In this document: piece after piece, positions 1-8,131 of the stretch
Layout of the letters: every line of letters begins with the position of its first letter
Position numbering within the stretch: position 1 is the stretch's first letter
Assembly (NCBI GenBank): GCA_964649985.1
Contig: CAZYQX010000014.1
Span: 6,124-70,123 of the forward strand
DNA: 64,000 bases
Direction of reading: 5' to 3'
DNA from: an uncultured Pseudomonadales bacterium
GTDB taxonomy: Bacteria > Pseudomonadota > Gammaproteobacteria > Pseudomonadales > CAZYQX01
The notes under the pieces: generated by a model
What the model was told of the DNA's origin: nothing
The model's input: the letters and a program-made list of their open reading frames with translations, nothing else
Databases searched by the model: none
Translations under genes and position numbers: made by a program

Positions 1-510
1 AAGGCGGCGCAGATGGTGATCGCCACCGAGACCGATCTCGCCCTGCCGGCCAAGGCGCGTGAGCAGCAGCGCTTTCTGGCCGAGTGGAGTGGGGCCGCCG
101 AGGATCAAGTCCGCGTATTTGGCCGTGAGCAGTGGACCGCGCCAGTCGCCTCAGGCTCTGGGGCGCCCAGCCAGATGGTGGTGTGCCCGTGTTCCACCGG
201 CACGCTGTCGGCGATTGCCAGCGGCGCCAGTAACAACCTGATCGAGCGCGCGGCGGACGTGGCGCTGAAGGAAGGCCGCAAGCTGGTGTTGGTGCCGCGT
301 GAGGCCCCGCTCTCGGCCATTCATCTTGAGAACATGCTCAAGCTCGCCAGGCTGGGGGTGGTGATTCTGCCGGCCAGCCCGGGGTTCTATCACCGGCCGG
401 GCTCGGTGGAGGATATGGTGGACTTTGTGGTGGCGCGCATTTTGGGCCAGCTGGGCATCGAGCAGACGCTGCTGCCGCGCTGGGGCGAACAGGTGCAGGC
501 GGAGGATTGA
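1..510 (+). CDS. ubiX: Flavin prenyltransferase UbiX, 5'-truncated by the window edge
   Basis: Frame open from nt 1. The translation contains [35 protein letters not shown] and [10 protein letters not shown], the conserved UbiX/Pad1 blocks. It aligns to E. coli UbiX from roughly residue 35 onward. Confidence 0.85.
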   Translation, partial: KAAQMVIATETDLALPAKAREQQRFLAEWSGAAEDQVRVFGREQWTAPVASGSGAPSQMVVCPCSTGTLSAIASGASNNLIERAADVALKEGRKLVLVPREAPLSAIHLENMLKLARLGVVILPASPGFYHRPGSVEDMVDFVVARILGQLGIEQTLLPRWGEQVQAED

Positions 511-887
511 ACATGGACTTCAAAGAAGGCGAGTTGATTCCGGCCGGGGGCTATACCGAGCAGGAGCGCAACTGGGCCATGTTGTGCCACCTATCGGTGC
601 TGGGTCAGTTGTTCTTTCCACCGCTGGTGGTGGCGCCCTTTCTGATCTGGTGGTTGAAGGGCGAGTCCCTGCCGCTGGTGCGCCAGCAGGGCAAGGAAGT
701 GCTCAACCTGCAGATCACCCTATTCCTCGCAGGGGTGGTAGCGGCCGTGCTAACGCCCATTCTCGTGGGATTTTTGCTGGCGGGCTTGCTAGCGCTCTAT
801 GCCGGTGTGAGTGGCGTGGTGGCGGCGGTGAATGTGCGTGAAGGCCGGGCCTACCGCTACCCGCTCAATTGGCGGCTGCTGGGTTAA
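507..887 (+). CDS. DUF4870-family small membrane protein
   Basis: 126 aa with the [11 protein letters not shown] head motif followed by hydrophobic helices ([40 protein letters not shown]). Its ATGA start overlaps the ubiX stop. Confidence 0.6.
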   Translation: MNMDFKEGELIPAGGYTEQERNWAMLCHLSVLGQLFFPPLVVAPFLIWWLKGESLPLVRQQGKEVLNLQITLFLAGVVAAVLTPILVGFLLAGLLALYAGVSGVVAAVNVREGRAYRYPLNWRLLG

Positions 888-890
888 TTC

Positions 891-1142
891 ATGCAGTGTC
901 GGGACGGCTGTGGCGCCTGCTGTATTGCCCCCTCCATCAGCAGCCCCATTCCGGGCATGCCCGGGGGCAAGCCGGCTGGGGTGCGTTGTATTCAGTTGGA
1001 TGACAGCTTCCGCTGCCGCATTTTCGGGCAGCCGGATCGCCCTGCGGTATGCGCCGGCTTCAAGCCTGGCCTTGATGTGTGCGGCGCAGATCAAGCGCAG
1101 GCGATGCGCTTGATCGGTGAGCTGGAGCGGGCGACGGGATGA
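891..1142 (+). CDS. YkgJ-family cysteine-cluster protein (UPF0153)
   Basis: 83 aa with N-terminal CRDGCGACC (CxxCxxCC-type) plus downstream Cys residues (RCIQL, FRCRIF, AVCAGF, DVCG). Confidence 0.65.
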   Translation: MQCRDGCGACCIAPSISSPIPGMPGGKPAGVRCIQLDDSFRCRIFGQPDRPAVCAGFKPGLDVCGADQAQAMRLIGELERATG

Positions 1143-1741
1143 TGCAATGGCATGATCTGCCCTTGTTCCCGCTGGGGAGTACGTTGTTGCCTGGTGGGCG
1201 CATGCGCTTGCAGGTGTTCGAGCCGCGTTATGTCAGCTTGGTAAGCCGCTGTTTGCGAGAACAATCCACTTTCGGGGTGGTGCTGATCCAGCACGGGCGA
1301 GAGGTGCGCTTAACAGCGCAGGAGGCACTGCCGACGATATCCCAGGTGGGGACCGAGGCGCGCATCATCGATTTTGAAGCGCTGCCCAATGGTTTGCTGG
1401 GGATCACCATTCAAGGGGAGCGGCGGTTTGACGTGCATACCGTGGCGTCTGGGGAACAGGGGCTGGTGCAGGCTCAGATAAGCTGGCGTGCGGGGGCTCC
1501 CGCATTGGCCATTCCGCCAGAGGCCGAGCATTTGCGTGGTGTGCTGGCGGCTCTCGCAGAACATCCTATGCTTAAACAAATGGGGCTCAGCGCTGAGGTG
1601 CACGACGTAGATGCACTGGGCTTCGCGCTGGCGCAGTGCTTGCCACTGCCCGAGTGCGAGCGCCAGGCCCTGTTGTGTGATGACAGCCCCATGGGCAGGC
1701 TCGCCAGGATCGGCGAGTTGGTGCGCGAGATGGGCGGATAA
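1139..1741 (+). CDS. LON substrate-binding (Lon N-terminal) domain protein
   Basis: 200 aa. LPLFPLGSTLLPGGRMRLQVFEPRYVSLV is the typical start of the Lon N-terminal/PUA-like domain. The 4-nt ATGA overlaps the upstream stop. Confidence 0.7.
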   Translation: MMQWHDLPLFPLGSTLLPGGRMRLQVFEPRYVSLVSRCLREQSTFGVVLIQHGREVRLTAQEALPTISQVGTEARIIDFEALPNGLLGITIQGERRFDVHTVASGEQGLVQAQISWRAGAPALAIPPEAEHLRGVLAALAEHPMLKQMGLSAEVHDVDALGFALAQCLPLPECERQALLCDDSPMGRLARIGELVREMGG

Positions 1742-1799
1742 TAAGAACCTGTGTGCCAGGCCCTGAGGGTTTTGTGCGCGCCCCATAGCAGTAGGCACT

Positions 1800-2309
1800 A
1801 TGCCGCGTATCGATCTACTACCCGTTATTTTGGATTTTGAAGCCTCTGGCTTCGGTAGTGGCAGTTATCCCATCGAGGTGGGGGTTGCCCTGCCGGATAG
1901 CTCTACCCATTGTCGCTTGATAAGGCCTGAACCCGAGTGGATTCATTGGGATGTTCAAGCGCAATCGGTGCATGGCATCACCCGGGAGATATTACTCGAG
2001 CGAGGCCATGATGTGCGGGAGTGTTGCCAGTTACTGAATGAGTGGTTAGGCGGTAAGACCGTATATTCTGATGCCTGGGGGCACGACTCTAGCTGGTTGC
2101 ATCTGTTGTTTGATGTGGCTGAGAGTCTGCCGCGCTTTAAGCTTGAAAGTATTCGGGGGTTGCTGACGGAAGCGCAGGTGCAACATTGGCAGATGGCCCG
2201 GCAGCAAGCCATGGATGAGTTGTGTGTGGGGCGTCACCGGGCAAGCTCCGATGCCTTGATTATTCAGCGGGCTTGGCGGCTCTCTATGGAGGCTTCATGT
2301 GGCGTATGA
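1800..2309 (+). CDS. DEDDh-type 3'-5' exonuclease-like protein
   Basis: 169 aa. Exo motif I-like ILDFEASG (DxE), motif II-like YSDAWGHDSSWL, motif III-like HRASSDALII (H-x4-D). Confidence 0.6.
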   Translation: MPRIDLLPVILDFEASGFGSGSYPIEVGVALPDSSTHCRLIRPEPEWIHWDVQAQSVHGITREILLERGHDVRECCQLLNEWLGGKTVYSDAWGHDSSWLHLLFDVAESLPRFKLESIRGLLTEAQVQHWQMARQQAMDELCVGRHRASSDALIIQRAWRLSMEASCGV

Positions 2310-2466
2310 GGGCGAAAGTACTGCCATACAACGATGGCGCCAACACTTAGGATGATGGTCAGGCGGTTCTGATAAGCTGTTTTCTCTGTCCATAAGTATC
2401 GGCGGGGCATGTGAGCGTGCCTTGCTTGCTGGTAGGGACTTTTTTTGAGTGGTTACAGGAGTGGCG

Positions 2467-3315
2467 ATGAGTGCTTCCGTTTTGGAGGAGTTGATTGATG
2501 TCATTCAGGTTGAATGTCTTGATGTAAATTTGTTTAGAGGCAAGTCCTCGATCGGTAATACAGGTCGAGTGATTGGCGATCTGGTGCTGGCTCAGGCCAT
2601 GTATGCAGCTAACTGCACGGTGGATGAGCGCTTTGTCATGCACTCTCTGCACAGTAATTTTCTCATGCAGGGAGATCCCGGCCATCCGCTGTTCTTTAAA
2701 GTGGATTGTATTCGTGATGGCAAGAGCTTTCGCTCGCGTCGCGTTGCTGTCTTGCAGCATGGACGGGTGATCTGCCATCTCACGCTGTCTTATCAATCAC
2801 CTGAATCAGGGCTTGAGCACCAAGATGAAATGCCCCGTGCAATACTCAGCCCGGATGCGCTGGTATCGGATCGGGAGCGCTTCGATAGCTTGCTGGGCGA
2901 TACGGGTTATCCCTGGCCCATTGAGTTCCGCCAGGTGGATCCCGTCTCGCTTGAAAGTCCGATACGGTCTTCGGTTGATAACTGCATATGGTTCAAGACC
3001 CAAGGTTCTGTTGTCGGCGGGCTGGACAAGCACCAAGAGCTGCTTGGCTATGCAACATATAACATGATTCTGTTGACGGCCCTGCGGCCGCATGCCGTCA
3101 ACCCGTGGGTTAACAAGATGCAGGTGGTGACCTTGGATCATTCGTTGTGGCTGCATCGACCCTTCCGTATGGATGAGTGGTTGTTGTATGAGGTGCACAG
3201 CCAGAGTGCGAGTGGTGGACGTGCTTTGGTGCAGGGGAAGATATTTGATCGCGCAGGGCGCCTAGTGGCGTCTGTGGCTCAGGAGGGTTTGATCCGCTTG
3301 GAGGACGAGGATTAA
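2467..3315 (+). CDS. tesB: Acyl-CoA thioesterase II
   Basis: Collinear with E. coli TesB: LFRGKS.., HSLHSNFLMQGDPGHPLFFKVDCIRDGKSFRSRRVAVLQHGRVI.., SYQSPESGLEHQDEMP. The ATG at 2467 is preferred over the GTG at 2449 by N-terminal alignment. Confidence 0.88.
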   Translation: MSASVLEELIDVIQVECLDVNLFRGKSSIGNTGRVIGDLVLAQAMYAANCTVDERFVMHSLHSNFLMQGDPGHPLFFKVDCIRDGKSFRSRRVAVLQHGRVICHLTLSYQSPESGLEHQDEMPRAILSPDALVSDRERFDSLLGDTGYPWPIEFRQVDPVSLESPIRSSVDNCIWFKTQGSVVGGLDKHQELLGYATYNMILLTALRPHAVNPWVNKMQVVTLDHSLWLHRPFRMDEWLLYEVHSQSASGGRALVQGKIFDRAGRLVASVAQEGLIRLEDED

Positions 3316-3440
3316 GAGGCAAAAAGCCTAACAAGAGTGAAACTTACCGCTCTTTTCTGCCAATAATTCTCATGTATCCTGGGGCGGATAGCTCTACCAT
3401 GGCCTGGCGTCACTGATACAGATTCCCCAGGAGGGATACC

Positions 3441-3635
3441 ATGAAAAAAGCGCTTGTACTGACCGCTGCTATGCTGACTCTGGTTGCTTGTGGCAAGCAA
3501 GAAGCTCCCGCTTCCGCTCCTGCTGAACAGGCTGCGCCTGCAGCTGCCCCTGCAGCAGCGCCTGCGGCTCCCGCAGCAGCGCCGGCAGAGCAGGCTGCTC
3601 CTGCAGCGCCTGCGGCTCCTGCCGAGGCCAAGTAA
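3441..3635 (+). CDS. Small Ala/Pro-rich lipoprotein
   Basis: 64 aa with a signal peptide and lipobox (MKKALVLTAAMLTLVAC). The rest is a low-complexity AP(A/E/Q) repeat. A GGAGG-like RBS (ccaggaggga) lies upstream. Confidence 0.6.
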   Translation: MKKALVLTAAMLTLVACGKQEAPASAPAEQAAPAAAPAAAPAAPAAAPAEQAAPAAPAAPAEAK

Positions 3636-3724
3636 TTCGGGCTCGACCGCTTCACGCGGTCGAATGGCCGGATCAGAATGGCGCTACCGAGAGGTGGCGC
3701 CATTTTTGTTTCTGGAGGTGTGAA

Positions 3725-4708
3725 ATGCGAGCCATGGTGTTGCATCAGGCGGGATGCGCCTTGCAGCTTGAATCGCTTGCCAAGCCTGAGCCCGGCCCCG
3801 GGCAGTTGCTGCTTAAAGTGTCGGCGTGCGGTGTTTGCCGCACCGATTTGCACGTGGTGGACGGCGAGTTGGCGGCACCCAAAGCTGATTTGATCCCCGG
3901 TCACCAGATCGTGGGGCACGTGCAGGCGCTGGGTGACGGGGTGGAAGGCTTTGCCCCTGGGCAACGGGTCGGCGTGCCTTGGCTGGGGGGGAGTTGCGGC
4001 GGCTGCGACTACTGTCGCGCGGGGCGGGAGAACCTGTGTGATCAGGCCCGCTATACGGGCTACCAGATCGACGGCGGCTTTGCCGAGTACTGCGTGGCCG
4101 ATGCGCGCTACTGCTTCACGCTGCCGGAGGCATATCCCGATGAACAGGCGGCGCCACTGCTATGCGCCGGGCTTATTGGTTATCGCGCCTACCGCATGGC
4201 GGGCGAGGGGCTTAGGCTCGGGTTGTATGGCTTTGGTGCGGCGGCACACATCCTGATCCAGCTGGCGCGGCATCAAGGGCGGGAGGTGTATGCCTTCACC
4301 CGGGAGGGCGATAGCGCCGCCCAGGACTTTGCCCACTCGCTGGGGGCGACTTGGGCGGGCGCTTCGACGCAGCCGGCCCCGGTGGCGCTGGATGCGGCCA
4401 TCATCTTCGCACCCGACGGCGGCTTGGTGCCGGTGGCCCTGCAAGCGGTTCGCCGGGGTGGCACGGTGGTGTGTGCCGGCATTCACATGAGCCCGATACC
4501 CAGCTTTGACTATTCGCTGTTGTGGGGGGAGCGCACCCTGTGTTCGGTGGCCAATCTCACCCGGGCGGATGGCGAGGAATTCCTGCCTCTGGCTGCGGCT
4601 GTGCCGGTGCGCACAGAGGTGTCGGTCTACCCGCTGGAGCAGACCAATCAGGCCTTGGATGATCTGCGCGCCGGGCGTGTGGTGGGCGCAGTGGTGATTC
4701 GGCCTTAG
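3725..4708 (+). CDS. Zinc-dependent alcohol dehydrogenase family oxidoreductase
   Basis: 327 aa. CGVCRTDLH catalytic-Zn motif, PGHQIVG, structural-Zn Cys cluster GGSCGGCDYCRAGRENLC, Rossmann GLYGFGAAAH. Confidence 0.85.
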   Translation: MRAMVLHQAGCALQLESLAKPEPGPGQLLLKVSACGVCRTDLHVVDGELAAPKADLIPGHQIVGHVQALGDGVEGFAPGQRVGVPWLGGSCGGCDYCRAGRENLCDQARYTGYQIDGGFAEYCVADARYCFTLPEAYPDEQAAPLLCAGLIGYRAYRMAGEGLRLGLYGFGAAAHILIQLARHQGREVYAFTREGDSAAQDFAHSLGATWAGASTQPAPVALDAAIIFAPDGGLVPVALQAVRRGGTVVCAGIHMSPIPSFDYSLLWGERTLCSVANLTRADGEEFLPLAAAVPVRTEVSVYPLEQTNQALDDLRAGRVVGAVVIRP

Positions 4709-4755
4709 TGGCCGTGAGGTGGTGCAGCCCCCTCACGGCGGGCGCGATCAGATGC

Positions 4756-5739
4756 TCAATCCGCCGTGGGCTGCCTAGGCTGCCTGAAGGCGTCGTACCA
4801 TTGCGCCAGTTTGTTGAATGGGCCGTCGCCATCGCAAAATACCGGGCATTCCAGATCTGTTTTCTGCGCCAGGATCGGGAAGTCTTGGGCGAAATTGTTG
4901 TGCGCCGAGCGTTGCATGATCTTGCCCAGCAGCGTGCGCAGCCCGAAGGGCAATTGTGCCGAGCGAACCTTTACGGCATACCAGAGATGAAAGTGATCGT
5001 CGTCGATGGGGCAGTGTGTGTTGATATTGCGTGTGGCCACACTGCCGTCTAGTTCACTCAGCTGGCAGGCGGGGCCGTGATAGGCCACTTTTACGTGGCT
5101 TACCACTTGCCACTGGGAGAGCTTTTTCAACCAGCTGATGGAGTGGTTGGCCAGTTTGTAGAACGGATAGACATATACTGGGTAGCGTTGGCTGGCGACA
5201 TGCTCGGTAAACGAATACTGAAATTCAGCACTGGGGATTTCGGCGCCATGTACGCTGGGGAAATGGCCCCGATCTACGCAGTTTTGTACCAATTTAAAGG
5301 GCTTACCTGGCATCTTCATTTTTTTGACGTGCCAGTTGCTCCAGCCAGCTTCCTTTTCACAGTCCAGGGGCGGGATGCTGTAGTCAGGTGCGCTGCCTTC
5401 GGCGCAATACCACAGGAACACCATCTGATTGACTTCATGGGTCAACCAACGCTTTAGATTGGCCCGGCTTTTCTGTTGTTCGGCATAGGGTATTTCCTCG
5501 CATTGGCCTTGAGCGCCCCAGCGCCAGCCATGGAAGGGGCAGCGCAAGCTGTCGCCTTCAACCGTGCCTTGCGCCAGATTGGCGCCCAGGTGAGGGCACA
5601 CGGCGTCGAGCACGATCACGCCCTGGTCTTGCCCTCTATAGGCGACTAGAGAGCGATTCAGCGCTTTTATTTCGACGGGTTTCTGGGCGAAATCAGAGCT
5701 GACGCCGATGGGGTACCAGCCGCGAGGAAAATCGTGCAT
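4756..5739 (-). CDS. Rieske [2Fe-2S] non-haem-iron oxygenase, KshA/Neverland-like
   Basis: 327 aa. Rieske motif CPHLGANL...CPFHGWRW. Mononuclear-iron motif NCVDRGHFPSVH (D-x2-H-x4-H). Confidence 0.75.
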   Translation of the reverse strand: MHDFPRGWYPIGVSSDFAQKPVEIKALNRSLVAYRGQDQGVIVLDAVCPHLGANLAQGTVEGDSLRCPFHGWRWGAQGQCEEIPYAEQQKSRANLKRWLTHEVNQMVFLWYCAEGSAPDYSIPPLDCEKEAGWSNWHVKKMKMPGKPFKLVQNCVDRGHFPSVHGAEIPSAEFQYSFTEHVASQRYPVYVYPFYKLANHSISWLKKLSQWQVVSHVKVAYHGPACQLSELDGSVATRNINTHCPIDDDHFHLWYAVKVRSAQLPFGLRTLLGKIMQRSAHNNFAQDFPILAQKTDLECPVFCDGDGPFNKLAQWYDAFRQPRQPTAD

Positions 5740-5912
5740 GGGACGTGCGTCTTCCTAACGTGTTTTGTATGTTTGTGTTCCGGTCAGCATATTACTGCGT
5801 ATAACATTGCGGTGAAATAGCAGAGGCGGGGCTGCATCTGGCTGGCGGCTAAGGCATAAGGCGGCGCATGGCGCTGATGATGTGGCTGTTTGCCGCTTGT
5901 CGGTGAGGAGAT

Positions 5913-5940
5913 ATCCGCCTCCCATACGAGGGAGGCGGAT
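5913..5940 (-). terminator. GC-rich hairpin downstream of hsp20, without a U-tract
   Basis: atccgcctccc-atacga-gggaggcggat, an 11-bp perfect stem about 20 nt after the hsp20 stop. No T-run follows on the minus strand. Confidence 0.35.
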
Positions 5941-5958
5941 GCATCGGGGGGTGCGTGC

Positions 5959-6501
5959 CTACTCTGGCTTGATCTCGATGCGTCGGCCGGCTTCCGGGCT
6001 GCCGGGGCGCTTGCCGATGGTCAAGGTCAGCACGCCATTCTTGAATTTGGCGTCGATGCCCTCGGGATTGGCGTTGGCCGGCAAGGTCAGCAGGCGCTGA
6101 AAGGCGCCGTAGCTGCGCTCGATGCGGTGGTAGTTGTTCTGCTTGGATTCCTCTTCCTTGCGCTTCTCACCTTTGATGGTGAGGGTGTCACCGTGCAGTT
6201 CGATGTGGATGTCCTTTTCTTCAACACCGGGCACTTCCAGGCTGATGCGGTAATTTTCGGGGTTTTCCACGATGTCGAGTTGGGGCTTTAGCCAGCCCGC
6301 GTTGCTGGGCATGTCGGGGAAAGCCGGGAAGCCGAAGTTGCGGAAGGCCTCGCCGAACACGCGATCCATCTCTTGTTGCCAGGCGGCCAAGGGGTGGTGC
6401 GAGGGGATGCCCGGCAGCGGGCTGCGCGCCGGCAAGACTTTGCCTTCGTGCTCTTCTTCTTTCTTGAACCAGTTCCAGGGGGAGAGTTTCTTCAGATCCA
6501 T
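5959..6501 (-). CDS. Hsp20/alpha-crystallin small heat-shock protein (IbpA-like)
   Basis: 180 aa. Alpha-crystallin domain DIVENPENYRISLEVPGVEEKDIHIELHGDTLTIKGEK...GAFQRLLTLP...AKFKNGVLTLTI. Strong SD aaaaggagg upstream. Confidence 0.9.
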   Translation of the reverse strand: MDLKKLSPWNWFKKEEEHEGKVLPARSPLPGIPSHHPLAAWQQEMDRVFGEAFRNFGFPAFPDMPSNAGWLKPQLDIVENPENYRISLEVPGVEEKDIHIELHGDTLTIKGEKRKEEESKQNNYHRIERSYGAFQRLLTLPANANPEGIDAKFKNGVLTLTIGKRPGSPEAGRRIEIKPE

Positions 6502-6528
6502 GGAAGCCTCCTTTTGGCTGAGTAAAAG

Positions 6529-6553
6529 ACAGCGGGCGTATGACGCCCGCTGT
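6529..6553 (-). terminator. Hairpin plus U-rich tail between degQ-like gene and hsp20
   Basis: On the minus strand: acagcgggcg-tcata-cgcccgctgt followed by cttttac. It lies about 60 nt after the degQ-like stop and about 30 nt before the hsp20 SD. Confidence 0.45.
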
Positions 6554-6554
6554 T

Positions 6555-6584
6555 TAATGTGACACCAATTTGAAGACTTTCAAG
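6555..6584 (-). promoter_or_regulatory. Sigma32-like heat-shock promoter for hsp20
   Basis: On the minus strand: CTTGAAA (6578-6584), a 15-nt spacer, then TCACATTA (6555-6562). Compare the RpoH consensus CTTGAAA-N13-15-CCCCATNT. The -10 is only a partial match. Confidence 0.4.
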
Positions 6585-6611
6585 CCTCCGGGGCTTGCGC
6601 TTGGTCAAGTT

Positions 6612-7964
6612 TTAGCGAATCACCGCGAAGAAGGTGGAGCCGTCCCTCACGATCTGCAGCAGCAGGCGATTGGCGCCCCGGGCGGCCGCCTGCAGCTCGC
6701 TCATGTTGTGCACCCGGTTGCGGTTGGCGCCTACGATCAGGTCGCCCGCCTGCAGGCCGGATTGGGCGGCCGGGCTGTCGGGTTGTAGATCGGCGATCAC
6801 AACACCCTCGCCATCCGGGCTGTCATGCAGGCGGGTGCCGGCCAGCAGCTTCACCTGGCTCTCGCCGCCCTTGTGCTCGGCCTTGCCGATCTTCAAGGAA
6901 ATCGACTTCTCCTTGCCCTCGCGAATCAGGTCCAGGCTGACATCCTCACCGATCTTGCGGGAGCCCACGTTGGCCCGCAGCTGGGCGCCGGTGTTGACCG
7001 CCTTGCCGTCGATGCGGGTGACCACATCACCGGGTTTGAGGCCGGCTTTGGCGGCGTTGGAGCCTTCCTGCACCTGGGCGATCAGCACGCCGCGCTGCAC
7101 GTCCTTGATCTCCAGCGCCTCGGCCAGCTCGGGCGTGAGGTCCTGAATAATCACTCCCAGCTGGCCGCGCTGTACTTCGCCGTGCTCGAGAATCTGCTCC
7201 AGGCTCGATTTCATCATGTTGGTGGGGATGGCAAAGCCAATGCCGACATTGCCGCCGCTTGGGGCCAGAATGGCGGTGTTGATGCCCACCAGCTCGCCCT
7301 TCAGGTTGACCAGTGCGCCACCGGAGTTGCCGGGGTTGATGGAGGCGTCGGTCTGGATGAAGTCCTCGTAGCCCTCGATGCCCAGGCCCGAGCGGCCCAG
7401 GGCGCTGACCACGCCGCTGGTCACGGTCTGGCCCAAACCAAAGGGATTGCCGATGGCCACCACGAAATCACCCACTTCGACTTTGTCGGAGTCGGCCAGG
7501 GGCAGGGCGGTGAGGCCCTTGGCCTCGATTTGCAGCACTGCCACATCCGCGCCTTCGTCACTGCCCACCAGCTTTGCCTTCAGGCTGCGGCCGTCAGACA
7601 GGCCGACGGTGATTTCGTCGGCGCCTTTTACCACGTGGTGGTTGCTGACCACGATGCCCTTGGCCGCATCGACGATCACGCCCGAACCGGCGGATTGGGT
7701 GCGGCGCTTCTGCTCCGTGGGGGCATTGGGGGGCACATTGAAGAAGCGGCGGAAGAAGGGGTCGTTCAGCAGTGGGTTTTGCACCGTCTGGGTGGCGACC
7801 ACCGAGATGTTGACCACGGCGGGATTCACCTGCTTCAGCATGGGCGCTAGGGTCGGCAGCTGTTGCCCTTGGCTATCGGTGAGCGGCAGGGTGGCGAAGC
7901 TGGGGCTGGCGCTGAGAGCAAGGCAGGCGCTCACCAGGGCACTGCGAATGAAGTTGCGCATCAC
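6612..7964 (-). CDS. Periplasmic Do-family serine endoprotease (DegP/DegQ/MucD-like)
   Basis: 450 aa with a signal peptide. Trypsin-like domain with HVV..(His), DVAVLQI (Asp) and GNSGGALVN (Ser), followed by two PDZ-like regions. Confidence 0.9.
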   Translation of the reverse strand: MMRNFIRSALVSACLALSASPSFATLPLTDSQGQQLPTLAPMLKQVNPAVVNISVVATQTVQNPLLNDPFFRRFFNVPPNAPTEQKRRTQSAGSGVIVDAAKGIVVSNHHVVKGADEITVGLSDGRSLKAKLVGSDEGADVAVLQIEAKGLTALPLADSDKVEVGDFVVAIGNPFGLGQTVTSGVVSALGRSGLGIEGYEDFIQTDASINPGNSGGALVNLKGELVGINTAILAPSGGNVGIGFAIPTNMMKSSLEQILEHGEVQRGQLGVIIQDLTPELAEALEIKDVQRGVLIAQVQEGSNAAKAGLKPGDVVTRIDGKAVNTGAQLRANVGSRKIGEDVSLDLIREGKEKSISLKIGKAEHKGGESQVKLLAGTRLHDSPDGEGVVIADLQPDSPAAQSGLQAGDLIVGANRNRVHNMSELQAAARGANRLLLQIVRDGSTFFAVIR

Positions 7965-8131
7965 GGGGTTCCTGTTGAGATACGTTCGGAATGATTAGAT
8001 GGGGCTGCGTGGCGCAGGTTCAATCCCCCGCCAGAAGTGCGGCTTCAGTTGCGTCGGGGGGCCTAAGTTTCTACCATAGGCGGCTTTGTCCACGTCTTTC
8101 CCGGTGTCGGGTTGATCAAGCAGGATTTCGC

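Noticed and set aside
3410-3964. A 184-aa minus-strand ORF covering the AP-repeat lipoprotein gene and the ADH 5' end.
   Set aside because: It is the antisense reading of a GCN/CCN repeat (AGAAGAA...). It has no start context and overlaps two better-supported plus-strand genes.
8005-8040. A tRNA or tRNA-derived att remnant, suggested by GGTTCAATCCC in ggctgcgtggcgcaggttcaatcccccgcca.
   Set aside because: The flanks do not form a 5-bp T-stem (gcagg versus ccccg pairs at only 2 of 5 positions). No acceptor, D or anticodon arms can be drawn around it.
7991-8131. A longer N-terminus (573-aa form) of the FadD3-like ligase.
   Set aside because: The extension (MIRWGCVAQVQSPARSAAS...RLSRCRVDQAGFR) is Arg/Cys/Ser-rich and non-protein-like. 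Family N-termini align from MAEQNLALTLPT at 8132.
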